DNA from: Trichoplax adhaerens
Lineage: Eukaryota > Animalia > Placozoa
NCBI RefSeq assembly: GCF_000150275.1
Contig: NW_002060945.1
Location: forward strand, 2,751,172 to 2,815,171
Reading direction: 5' to 3'
Length of the DNA stretch: 64,000 bases
Part shown: one piece after another, positions 14,476 to 26,200 of the stretch
Position numbering within the stretch: position 1 is the first letter of the stretch
How the letters are laid out: each line of letters starts with the position of its first letter
The notes under the pieces: model-generated
The model's input: only the letters and a program-made list of their open reading frames with translations
The model's database searches: none
Told to the model about the DNA's origin: nothing
Translations under genes and position numbers: made by a program

Positions 14476-15954
14476 ATGCTACGAAAGCAAAGAATGCTTT
14501 ATTATAGCATGAAAGATTCTATCGCTATTTCCTACGATTATAAAGTGTATAGTACGACTCAATTTTCACACAATTCGCTCATATGGACTCTTGAAATTTT
14601 GACAGAATAGCATAGTAACTATGAAAATTCCGGTTATCCTTTACTTCCCTTCCAGCAGTAACAGATATTCCTACATTAATCTGACCGTTATGGCTGTAAT
14701 GGGGAAGGGAATTTAACTACTGGTCTTTCATTGATTTAATTTTGAAAGATGAAGATTTTTAATTTATTAACCATAGAGAGGTACAATAAAAAGGAGTGAT
14801 AATACCGATGTTTACATCAATTATCGATTGATTTCTTAGTTCCTAATAACTTTTAAAGCTTGAAGAAAGCGTAAGGCAATCAACTAATATAGACATTTCA
14901 TATATAAATGTGGGCAAATAATTTTCGGTTTATACTTGCATTAATGTGGATTACGTTATAATGAATACAAGAATCATGATAGGTTGGTTATTGCTTTAAT
15001 CGTAGAAATGTATTAATTAACTGAAGTTAATTAGGATTTTACATAGCTACCGAGCTAGTGAAATAAATAAAATAAATAGAGTAGACCTGAGGGTAAAGTA
15101 AGCGAATGCAACACGATTTAATAGACGCAACCCAATTTGAAATGTGTAGCAGAGACCTTTTATCACAGACTGACCATATATGACCGGGATCTTAATTACG
15201 AATCGAATTATTTACTTATAAGTTAACTACCTTCGTTAACTAAATTAATCACTAGTTGTGGATATATAAGAAATTTAATTTTATTTGTGTATGGGTTAAC
15301 TGTGTTATTTAATATACGTGTTGAATCTTAACTATTTATTAGAAGGACTGCATATCATTCAGGCGTATTTTTAGTTTGTCTGTTGATCCTATTAGATTAT
15401 TTGGATATACTTGTTATGCCATGAATTCAATACTCGATCAGCTGGAAAAAACGTCATTCCATTACTGTATCTAGAACATACATTAAGATTATCTAGTTAA
15501 AATACAAAAATTTAAAATACCTACAATAACAACTAAATCCTTCTATCTCCTTTTCAAAATTAGCGCTGTACGATCAACAAGATATAACACTTCTGTAACA
15601 GTATACTTTTTATATGGTTATCATGGATCTATGTTACTGCCCTAACAAAGATAATAATTATTTTACACAATAACAACTGGTCGCTGCTATCCCTATTCAA
15701 AATTGGCTTCCTTATTGTGTATATAGCCTGACAACATTTCTATAATGATGATATTAAAAGATTAATGCAACATAATAACCCTTGCAATAATAACAGTTTT
15801 ACTCGACTGTGGAGTGAAACTGTAAATCTCATGCTGACCAAGATTTTGGTTCGATCAAATACGTGAATTATAATTGAGTAATACAAGCACTAAATTCGAT
15901 TGCACAATGTACTATCTGCTTGATTTAATTAAAGTAATCCTTTTTCAATTAGCA

Positions 15955-16285
15955 TAAGGTTTTTACATTGTACTACTTGCGGTAATTGGTTCAAAATGTA
16001 ACCTTACTTAGTCATCATAAAACGTAGAGGAAGATAACGTTGGTTACTTACAGGAGAGAAATTAATTCAAATCTTATTCTATTAGCATTTCATGCAATAA
16101 GGTTTATTTCTATCAATAGATTAAGCGTATTCAAGCATGTAGACGCTGTTTATCCGTTCTTTTTCATTTATACAACAGCTATTCTTTCAATATTAATTCG
16201 AGTGATCAGAGGCTGGGCGTTATTGACCCGGTTGCTATGACGAGAGAATGTTAAATCAACATTGTGTCTGCAAGCGGGGGGTAAT
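15955..16285 (+). pseudogene. Possible decayed GPCR fragment (TM1-TM2-like)
   Basis: FYIVLLAVIGSKCNL, frameshift, LVIIKRR; then NSNLILLAF...YPFFFIYTTAIL...W...LC. Confidence 0.3.
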
Positions 16286-18425
16286 ATAGTAAGAAGAATT
16301 TTATTTAAAGCCTTCCAAACAAAGAGGGAGAGAAAAATAGATAGCAATGGCTCCTAGATAAATGTGAAAGAAAAATAATTATAGGTAATCATTGACGGGA
16401 CTATTTCCAATGGTATTTAATCTGCAGAGTAGAATAGTATTGTATCTTTATTTTGAACGATGATCCTGGATGACAGATTGATGTCACAAAAAAAAATGAT
16501 AGAATAGAAATCAAATAAATTATTCTATCCATTACAACAAGTGTTGACAGTCAAGTTTACAAAGTACTAGCTACTCTATATAGACAGCGTGATTATTAAC
16601 AATTAGGATGTTCCCTCAAATCCTGTCATTAGGCATGATATTGTTTGTAATTTCATCTTCTTTTGGAGGTTCACTTAAATTCATTCTCTATATAAAGTGA
16701 ATTAAAATTGTATCATCCTGTAGACTAATGCGTACTATTCTTTGGATTTATTCTATTGCACTACCAACGATTACCTATTCAAGCGGTGACAATGATTTAA
16801 TTAATTAACTTTGTGCTCATTAACATTGGCTACAGTACCATAATGCAGCAAAATGGCTTGTTTTGATAAGTTATTTTTATCTATTTGATTGGCATACCTA
16901 CTAGTACGTATATCCCACAAGATGATCTGCGTACATGTAACATACTACAATCCTTATTGACGACATAGCCATGGTTTTTGAGAACATTGTATAGCTATCC
17001 ATCGTCTAAATTAGACATCCTACCTGGTTCATTTCAGCTAAGGCCATTTTAATTTAGACCTTTAGACTATGAGTCATTGCAATCGTTCTCATCAATAATA
17101 GTGTATCATCCATTGTTAAATGGATGTCGATCTGATGTTTATTGTGGATAATTTTGTTTTAATTCTTTGCGGCACCATTAGATTGACTTATTATCATTGA
17201 TAGAATAAGCCATCTTTATCAACTTGCTTACAGCATCTCCAAGTGAATGATGGTAAACTTTACGTAGGCGTATGCCAATTTTTATCCTACTCTTACATCC
17301 CGTGATTCCCGTCTACCTATGCCATTGCGACAACCTACAACATTGTATTAAGTATGGAGAATGAATAATGCATACATTGATTAGATCTATATATCGATTT
17401 TCAAGGGTTGGAAATGCCTTCAAACAACGTGTCTGTAGTTGATTATCTCCTGGCACATTATTTGCTCTTTTTGACATACCGTATTCATTAATCTGTTTAT
17501 TTACTTACTCGTATTTACCAGTTGATTTGCTAGTCGTTGGATATTATAAAGAAAATGGATTTACAGCTTTGTCTTGATGAGTTATTTTACAACTACACCC
17601 ATTTCTTGAACTAAGATGAGCGCAGTTGACTGGATTAATCTTGTATGTCGAAAAGCTCATCATGGCCGATTTTATATTGTATTCGATAGAAGAGTTCTCT
17701 AGTGTCCACTATTCTTTCGCCTAGTGCAACGACATGATATACGTGCGCATCATGAGAACCTTTTGCTTGGTTACGCCATCCTGATAGGCTGTCATTTGTC
17801 TCTTCCAACCTGTAGATAGCATTCGTATTAATTTTGTTATTTTGGCTCGATGAAAGCAAAGTCTTCACCGTGCCCAATAAACTCTCTTGCAGTGAACAGT
17901 CTTTGCATAGCCAATTTTCATCTATCCTATTTGGCTTTGCAAGACAGCCTTCAGCCACAGTCAGTCATGGTAATAAGCTACGCCGATTTTTACATATATT
18001 ATCATCCAAATGATGGAAATAAAATGCCAGTTTACCCACATTGAAGCTATCCCTGTATGCTGGCGTAGTATATTGTAATTTAACTGGATTGCATCTGTCC
18101 ATGAACTTCAATTCCAACATTGAATTGCTTTACCGTGAACTGCTCAAATATCTTTAGTAGTGGCTACTAGGATAGGACTGCTAACGGAGAGTGGATTAGT
18201 GTCATTAAAAATGGGGCACGTTAGGGAAATTCGGTCAGTTTGAAAAAGACTATTCATTCACCTCGTCTTACGCCAATATGAACTTTTAATGTATATTATT
18301 ATAATAATTAATCAGTATCCAATGCTAATTGGAGTGATATAAGGATGAATTGTATAAGTTACTAGACGAAAAAGTTGTCAACTGCTAAGATATTCTTTGG
18401 CAAACGTAGCCCGCCTGCCCGTGAC

Positions 18426-19461
18426 GACGCTAGTTAATATTGGGCACGGTCATTGAGTCATTGAGCACTCATGAATTAATGGTCAGAAAAACTAAAAGTG
18501 CTTTGGAGGTAAAAGTAAGGCTAGAGTTGTTAACGAGTCATTGAACCTTGATGAACTCATGGTCACAAAAACTAAAACTACTTTAGAGGTAAAAGTAAGC
18601 CTAGAGCTGTTAAGGAGTCGTTGAGCCTTGATGAACTCATGGTCAGAAAGACTAAAACTACTTTAGAGGTAAAAGTAAGGCTAGAGTTGTTAAGGAGTCA
18701 TTGAGCCTTAATGAAGTCATGGTAAGAAAAACTAAAACTACTTTGGAGGTAAAAGTAAGGCTAGAGTTATTAACGAGTCATGGAGCCTTGATGAAGTCAT
18801 GGTCACAAAAACTAAAACTACTTTGGAGGTAAAAGTAAGGCTAGAGTTGTTAACGAGTCATGGAGCCTTGATGAACTCATGGTCATAAAAACTAAAAGTA
18901 CTTTAGAGGTAAAAGTAAGGCTAGAGTTGTTAACGAGTCATTGAGCCTTGATGAACTCATGGTTTGAAAAACTAAAAGTACTTTAGAGGTAAAAGTAAGC
19001 CTAGAGTTGTTAACGAGTCATTGAGCCTTGATGAACTCATGGTCACAAAAACTAAAACTACTTTAGAGGTAAAAGTAAGGCTAGAGTTGTTAACGAGTCA
19101 TGGAGCCTTAGCGAACTCATAATAAGAAAAACTAAAACTACTTTAGAGGTAAAAGTAAGCCTAGAGTTGTTAACGAGTCATGGAGCCTTAGTGAACTCAT
19201 AATAAGAAAAACTAAAACTACTTTGGAGGTAAAAGTAAGCCTAGAGTTGTTAACGAGTCATGGAGCCTTGATGAAGTCATGGTCAGAAAAACTAAAACTA
19301 CTTTAGAGGTAAAAGTAAGGCTAGAGTTATTAACGAGTCATGGAGCCTTAGTGAACTCATAATAAGATAAACTAAAACTACTTTGGAGGTAAAAGTAAAG
19401 CTAGAGTTGTTAACCTTTAGGCTCAGCGTACTCTGACCACACCGTGCGGTAAACTAGAGTC
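18426..19461. mobile_element. Putative non-autonomous foldback/MITE-like element with internal tandem array
   Basis: Left end gacgctagtt...gcacggtcattgagtcattgagc; reverse complement of right end gactctagtt...gcacggtgtggtcagagtacgctgagc. These are imperfect, gapped inverted termini; no clear target-site duplication. Confidence 0.45.
18455..19414 (+). repeat. Minisatellite, 12 tandem copies of an 80-bp unit
   Basis: Unit gagtcattgagccttgatgaactcatggtcacaaaaactaaaactactttagaggtaaaagtaaggctagagttgttaac starts at 18455, 18535, 18615 ... 19335 with exact 80-bp periodicity and no indels. Confidence 0.98.
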
Positions 19462-19498
19462 CGGCCGGACCCAGACCGAACCATGAAGGCCTGGCAAG

Positions 19499-19612
19499 GT
19501 ACTGCACTCACTACAGTACTATCGTACAGTATAGTACAGTCAGTAGCGTCGACTGTCCACTGAGTGTACAGTGTACAGTACACAGTATACAGTAGTACAA
19601 TCTCTGTACTGT
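19499..19612. repeat. (TACTG/CAGTA)n tract upstream of PPP1R12
   Basis: ctacagtactatcgtacagtatagtacagtcagtag...gtgtacagtgtacagtacacagtatacagtagtac, about 600 bp upstream of the ATG. Confidence 0.8.
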
Positions 19613-20218
19613 CGTGTTTAGCGTCGTCCCATAGAGGTAAAGTATCCAGTATGCAAATGACTTCGCCAAAGGGTTCATTAGTTGATTATAATAAAATGGC
19701 TCGAGGGTTGGTAAGGTTGATCGTGTAAGCATGCATGCCATTATCCCTTTTACAATACTGTGCAGTATAGATAGTATACTGCACTCACTGCAAATCCATG
19801 GCAAGGACGAAAAGCGTTGCGCCAGCAACAACGTTTCCTACGCTACAAGCTACAGTGCGAACTGTAGACATGGTGGATAGTACTGTAGCTGCTTGGCTAG
19901 TGGACTGTACACTCTTGATGATTGCATTGATTATTGCAAGGAAATCGTCAATCAAGACATTAAAAAGAACCTCGCTAAGGTGGTATTTGCATCAATAGGA
20001 CATCAGTCAAATTTGTCAAGGTTATTTATTCAAGCAAACAAGGTGGTACAGTGGACGTCTCGTGCCCAATCGACCACCTGATCTACAGACGATCGGCCCT
20101 TGCACTACTTTCAACGATACAAGTGATTCAGAGTTGAAAAATCCAAGTACTATTGGTGTGTCTAGCGTGTCCATCATCGAGATTGTATTATTATTTTCAA
20201 TCATCATCGTTGAGGAAG

Positions 20219-23200
20219 ATGGCGCTACGTGGCAGCAACGATAAGAGGAGTATCCTCTTGCGACGAATGGAACAATTAAAAGAATGGGAGAATAGCGATA
20301 CCAATAAGGAATCCAATACCATTAAATCATCGCGTCGTAGTAAAATTAAATTTGGATTAGGAACTATGTTTTTTGCTGCTGTTAGCGCTTTCGATGAGAC
20401 CGAAGTCAAGCGATTGCTTAAACAAGGCGTTGACATTGATTACTGCAATAATGACGGCCTCACCGCCCTCCATCAGGTCAGTATGACGTGGATGATAATA
20501 GCATTCAATACACGTTCTCGTATAGCGATCCAAGTCTATTTTGAGTAGCATGACTAGGACAAGACTCATCTGTATCGTAATACGGTATACACTTTCGTGT
20601 TGATTAGTTAACCCCCCCCTTCCAGCGCCCTTTCAATCGTCGATGTTCTTCGACGATAGGGCTCTTTCAAGCAATCATTGCAATACTTGATAGCATCAAA
20701 TGACAAGTAGAACAAGGTCTTGACAAGATGATCAAGAAGGAAAGAGTCCACTTGACTTGTTCATTCTGATCCAACGTGCAAATTACCTTTAGTATGCCAC
20801 CGCTATTCTACAGGCCAAGCCACCAATGCGCCTTGATGGATCAAATGACAAGTAGAACAAGGTCTTGACAAGATGATCAAGAAGGAAAGAGTCCACTTGA
20901 CTCGTTCATTCTGATCCAACGTGCAAATTACCTTTAGTCACGCTACCGCTATTCTACAGGCCAAGCCACCAATGCGCGTTGATGGTGATGGCACATTTGG
21001 TAACGACATCAACCATTCGACTCGATTACACCTTTCAGTATTGGACAGGCTACATGAGCAAGACAGTACCCTATGTTAAGCGTCCAAGACACCAACGACG
21101 CCGCTAATCCTATCGTGAGTGTATTTTGCCCCTGGGTTACCGCTGAAAAGTCGCTCTATGCCACCATACCAGACCGTCCAGGCGTATACATTGCACTATA
21201 TTATCCAGTCGCACCAGGGTAGCTCTATACAAAACAACTCCATTCGTCTTGCTCATATTCTTTCTTTTGGGGGGGGAAACCTTGCAAATGGCGTGGAGAA
21301 AATGTTTTTTAAATCATGTCTACTTGTACACTATAGCCTCCATCATGCTTGATAGAGAGTCTATCGATTATCATTGCATTAAATGGAACGAATTCTCTCT
21401 TTTCCCCCCCCCAAAAAAATGACTGTCATCCATGAGTTTAGAGGGAGTTTTCCTACAGTAAAGTGGATGGCATTCTCTCAACTCTTTTTCGACATGTTGA
21501 AAAAAAAAGGCACGCTCATTTCCTACTCTTTTGGGCATGCTTTCAAGCGTGAAATCACCTTCAAAAGTTCTTTCATCAATGCGATCATAGATAGAATGTT
21601 AATTTTCTAAGGGAAAAAATAGCATTGAAAATACACTTTCAATGATACAACTCTATTCAGACGTTAAACTTTTCCTATAACAATCAATCAACCAGTTACT
21701 CTCTCGAGTACTAGACTGCATCACTATTTGTTGATACTGTTGTAGTCGTTGATTATTGAAATCCCCTTGTTTCGATCATTTTATATAGCTTGATCAAGTT
21801 ACTACATCAATGCATGACCAATACGTAGAGATTTTGAAGTCAATGCCATGAAAACAACCACGACTTAGCAGCCTTTCCATCATTTCGTCGACTTGTATTC
21901 GAGTTTGTCTCTACCATTGCTTCAAAAACGGTTCATGACTGCATTGAAAAATAACAGATCGAAAGACGATACTAAATGATAATCGTTGTTTTATGATTCC
22001 ACTGCATTATAGTTAAAGTTTGGCATGATGACGAGAATGAATCGAATTAAAAATCATATTCGCATGTACAGTCAAGTATTTTATTTCCATTGACTTTCAC
22101 CCTTTCTGCTGGATTAGTTGCTTGATTCAAAAGTACGCACAATGTTAAAAATACTGACTGTACAAAAAGCAAATACTGTATATCTGTTCGTCTCGTATTG
22201 ATGTTGGCACTTGAGCAGCGATTTCAACAGATTAGAATGCGATTAGTCTAATCGATTGCTCTTTCAAATGAGAGTCTGCTTACCATTGGCCAAGTACGCT
22301 TACTCTTGAAGTCAGAGTTATTTAGTAAGCCTTTGTTATCATCTATATTGCTACTATCAACCAAAATTTTGATTAATGAATAATCATTGATGAGGCAGTT
22401 AGCATAAACACCGCTTAGCAGCATAGGAGAACAATTTTTAAAATTGCCTTAGTAGGTTGTTGTTGAGTAACAAATTTAATTTTATGGTCCAGTCGGCAAG
22501 GTCACACAATATCTTACTACTATCGTTACATTTTACCGTCGTAAACAACGGATAACTTATTAAACAGTGAGAGGATCCTTATGTAATTTTACAATTGATA
22601 TTTAATTAATCAATACAATACATTATTCCGGAAGGTATCATAGGCTTCAATTCATACCGATACAGTAGTTTAGGAAAGCTTTTTATTTACCAAATTTGCT
22701 GTGAAAATGGGTCATGACTACAACTGACATAAACATCCACATCAAAAGCCGTTTCCATGACGTAAAAGTACGATATTGCTAGCGTAAACAGATCGCATTC
22801 ATTAATTCATGGATTAAATTTATGAATTACACTGTACGCGTATACTAAACGCTTACTTAGTAGCATAGATCATCCAAAATTAGAATCCATTTGCATCCTC
22901 GACATCTATTCATGTTGGAAAGTGTCATTATTGACGGTTAGAGTCGCCGAATTTTCTTCTTCCGTATATTTTAGACCTAAATACCGCTAATTAGTATACG
23001 TGAATCATGTTAGCTGGAGTAATTAACATACAAATTGTTCTATCTTCATGCTTTTATTCGTAAGTTTAGTATTAAACGCTCGTACTAATGGATAGGATGC
23101 AACAATGATAATGAATTAATTATCTACAGTTAGATTTGGCCACCATCGCTGTTTCAAGGTTATTCGTATAACTGTAGATCCTTATCAAATCATCATACTT

Positions 23201-26200
23201 CATAAGCATATATGTCCACACAATTCATTAGGTTGTGATTGTATCGTTGGTAAGGATATTGCAGTGTAGTGGGATTCTAGCAGTAAAATTGTAATCATTA
23301 TGGAATTGGTAATTGTACAAGTCCATAGTAAGGACGTCCATGTAAGGGATAAACCGTAGGAAAGTTTACAATTCCTACAGGTAGATTAGAGTGGATCACT
23401 CAGTATGAACTTGTAGCCCTGTAGTGCATCCACTTCTGTACCCTTGTTAGACCGCCCTTGGTGAAATGTAAATGGTCACGTTATTAAACAAAACACCTTG
23501 TCAAGGTTATAGGCTTTTATATTGGTCAAAATTATGAATATCATTAGAAGCTACTAACATGAAATAACTCTTTTTTCGGATCTTGAAAAGTCGCCGTTAT
23601 CACTAGTTTTTCATTGTACTTGCAATAAATTACAGTAATGCTAATGCAAATTATATGAAGACAATGCAGAGTGTATATATACAGTAAAGTGCCGACAAAG
23701 TTACCTACAGAGAACAAAAAAAATTAGGCTGAATTTGTGTCGTTACTGCAGAATGGAGGATAATTTTAACGCAGTGATGCATTAGAAAAAGTAATCAAGT
23801 ATGCAGTAACGTGATTTTAATGCCACAGGTCATGCAGAGTTATAATTTAGTAGAGTTTTCCTAAAATGTAGTATACCACATTATCACAGAAGAACTTTGT
23901 ATATCTAATTTCTGGATATTGAAGCTCAAAACCGCATCAAGATCACTCACGATGCGAATACTACGCGTAAAATTTGACGCTTACTTCTATTGCAAGACAG
24001 TGCAATATCAATAGCAAAATAACAGTTTACGCGATCATTGTCCATTAGTGATAAAAATTTTCCATCAGATCTGCGATATCGAACGACGCACTTATTTGAA
24101 CTGATTATACAAATTCTTACCTCAAGGAAAACTTGCATACAGGCGCGGATTATTCAAAATTTCTTGTAATGCATAATACAGGCATGAACCACTAGATGCG
24201 ATAGCTCTATCATACAGGGCATTAATACTATTTTTTTACCTGAATAGCCATTATGCACGGTACTCACTATTGCTTTGTAATGTATTGCAGCATCGTTAGC
24301 CTTAGTAGATGCTAAAGGTATCATCTTCGCAAATTGACTACTTGAAACATAGCGTGATGGTAGAACTTAGGAACACTACTGTAATGGCTTATGAAATATA
24401 GTTTATTGATGGCAAAGTTGTATCGAAATCTGTGCTATACTCTGCAAAACTTTATACATAGACTTTTCACATTATCCATTTAAACAGTAATTACTCAGAC
24501 CTCAAGGTTATAACTATGTAGTGCGTGATTTTAACGCGTTATGATACTAAGTGATTTAGTAAGCATAATTAATCATTGCTTAACTATTGTGTCTCGCCTA
24601 ATAACATCATGATACGCGTATACAATAATGTACTGCAAACAGCTACTATATTATATTAGGAATAGTAATACTGTAGTTTTATCGTCTCAAAACCTCCATT
24701 GTGTTAACCTAAGCTTATATAGATTATGAGAATACTGTGATTAATTCTCAACATCGATTTTTTACCTAATCAGAGTTGTATGGATGGGAATGATGAAATG
24801 GTTTCGCTATTAGTAGAAAATGGTGCCGATGTAAATATTTGTGACTTTGAAGGTTGGACGCCGTTAATCGCTGCATCAAGTTTGGGCCACATTGATATTG
24901 CTCGGTAAAAACTACTTTGTGATACTTCAAAAATAAAAGAATAATCTTATTCATCTCTTTTATATCCCAATAAAAACCTTTTTATTATGATAACATAGAA
25001 AAAATATAAATTTTATACTCAAAAGCATTACACATCTACAATCGAATTCTTTTGCCTTATCAATCTTACCATAAATTTAAGTTACATATTGACGAAACTT
25101 GCTTTATTTGAGAGGTTGTTCTTTTTCAGTTATTTGCTAGAGCATAAAGCCGATATAAGTAAAGTAACTGTTGATGGTGAAACAGCTATAGATGTAGCGG
25201 AAGGTGAGGAAATGGAAGAATTGCTGAGATTAGAAGTTGAAAAACGAGGTCAGTGAGTTTCACTAATATCAATTCTCTACTTGAAGTTGTTTCTCAACTC
25301 TTTAATCAATCGATTATGACTTCAATTTAGATATAATACGTACATATTTATTTGTACGCTAAAGTAATATAACAAAATTTTTGAACGGATAACTACTGTT
25401 GTAGGTTTAAACCTGAATCTAGTACGAGATATAGAAAGTAGAAAAATGTTAGAAGATGCTAATAAAATTAAAAATGGAACTTTGGAAGATTTAATAGATG
25501 ACCGCACTGGTAAATTATTTTCTACGTAATTTTTGTATGTTATATCTTACAAATGGATCCTTTACTGTAGCCTAGTTGCAATAGCGTATTTGAAATATTA
25601 ATGCATAAATAGTATTTCTCTGCTTCTAATTGATGCGTATAAAATTATAGGCGCAACAGCACTTCATGTTGCTTCAGCAAAAGGATATAAGGAAGTTGTT
25701 AAGTATGTATGGATAATGATATATTATATCAATTGTTTAAACTACATGAAGCTTAACATTATCAATCAATTCTTCCAGGATTCTGTTAGCAGCTAAAGTG
25801 AACGTAAATGCTGTTGATTTTGAGGGCTGGACGCCATTGCATGCCGCTGCTCATTGGGAACAAGCTGATATATGTGAATTATTGGTTGAAAATAACGCTG
25901 ACTTGTATGCGCTGACAAAAATGGTTAGTCTTCGTACTTGTAATTTTTTATCGTACAAGGGTATTTCAATAGCTTTATTGTTTTCTTTTAGAATGAATTT
26001 CCCAAAGACGTTGCTGGTGATGGAACACAGGATCTACTAGAAGACTTAATGAAACGATTTAAGCCCAAGCCTAAGCCTACGGTAATAGCCTATTGCAAAT
26101 GTATAGCACATACATCTTAAAATGAGATTGTATCAGAATCCCTATTTTCTTTTTGGGTACTGATAGATTTTTGTATATGATTTACAGACGTTAGTCAGGA

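Noticed and set aside
18455-19414. CRISPR-like or protein-coding repeat array
   Set aside because: There are no unique spacers, the whole 80-bp unit repeats, the unit length is not a multiple of 3, no long ORF spans it, and the context is eukaryotic with no cas genes.
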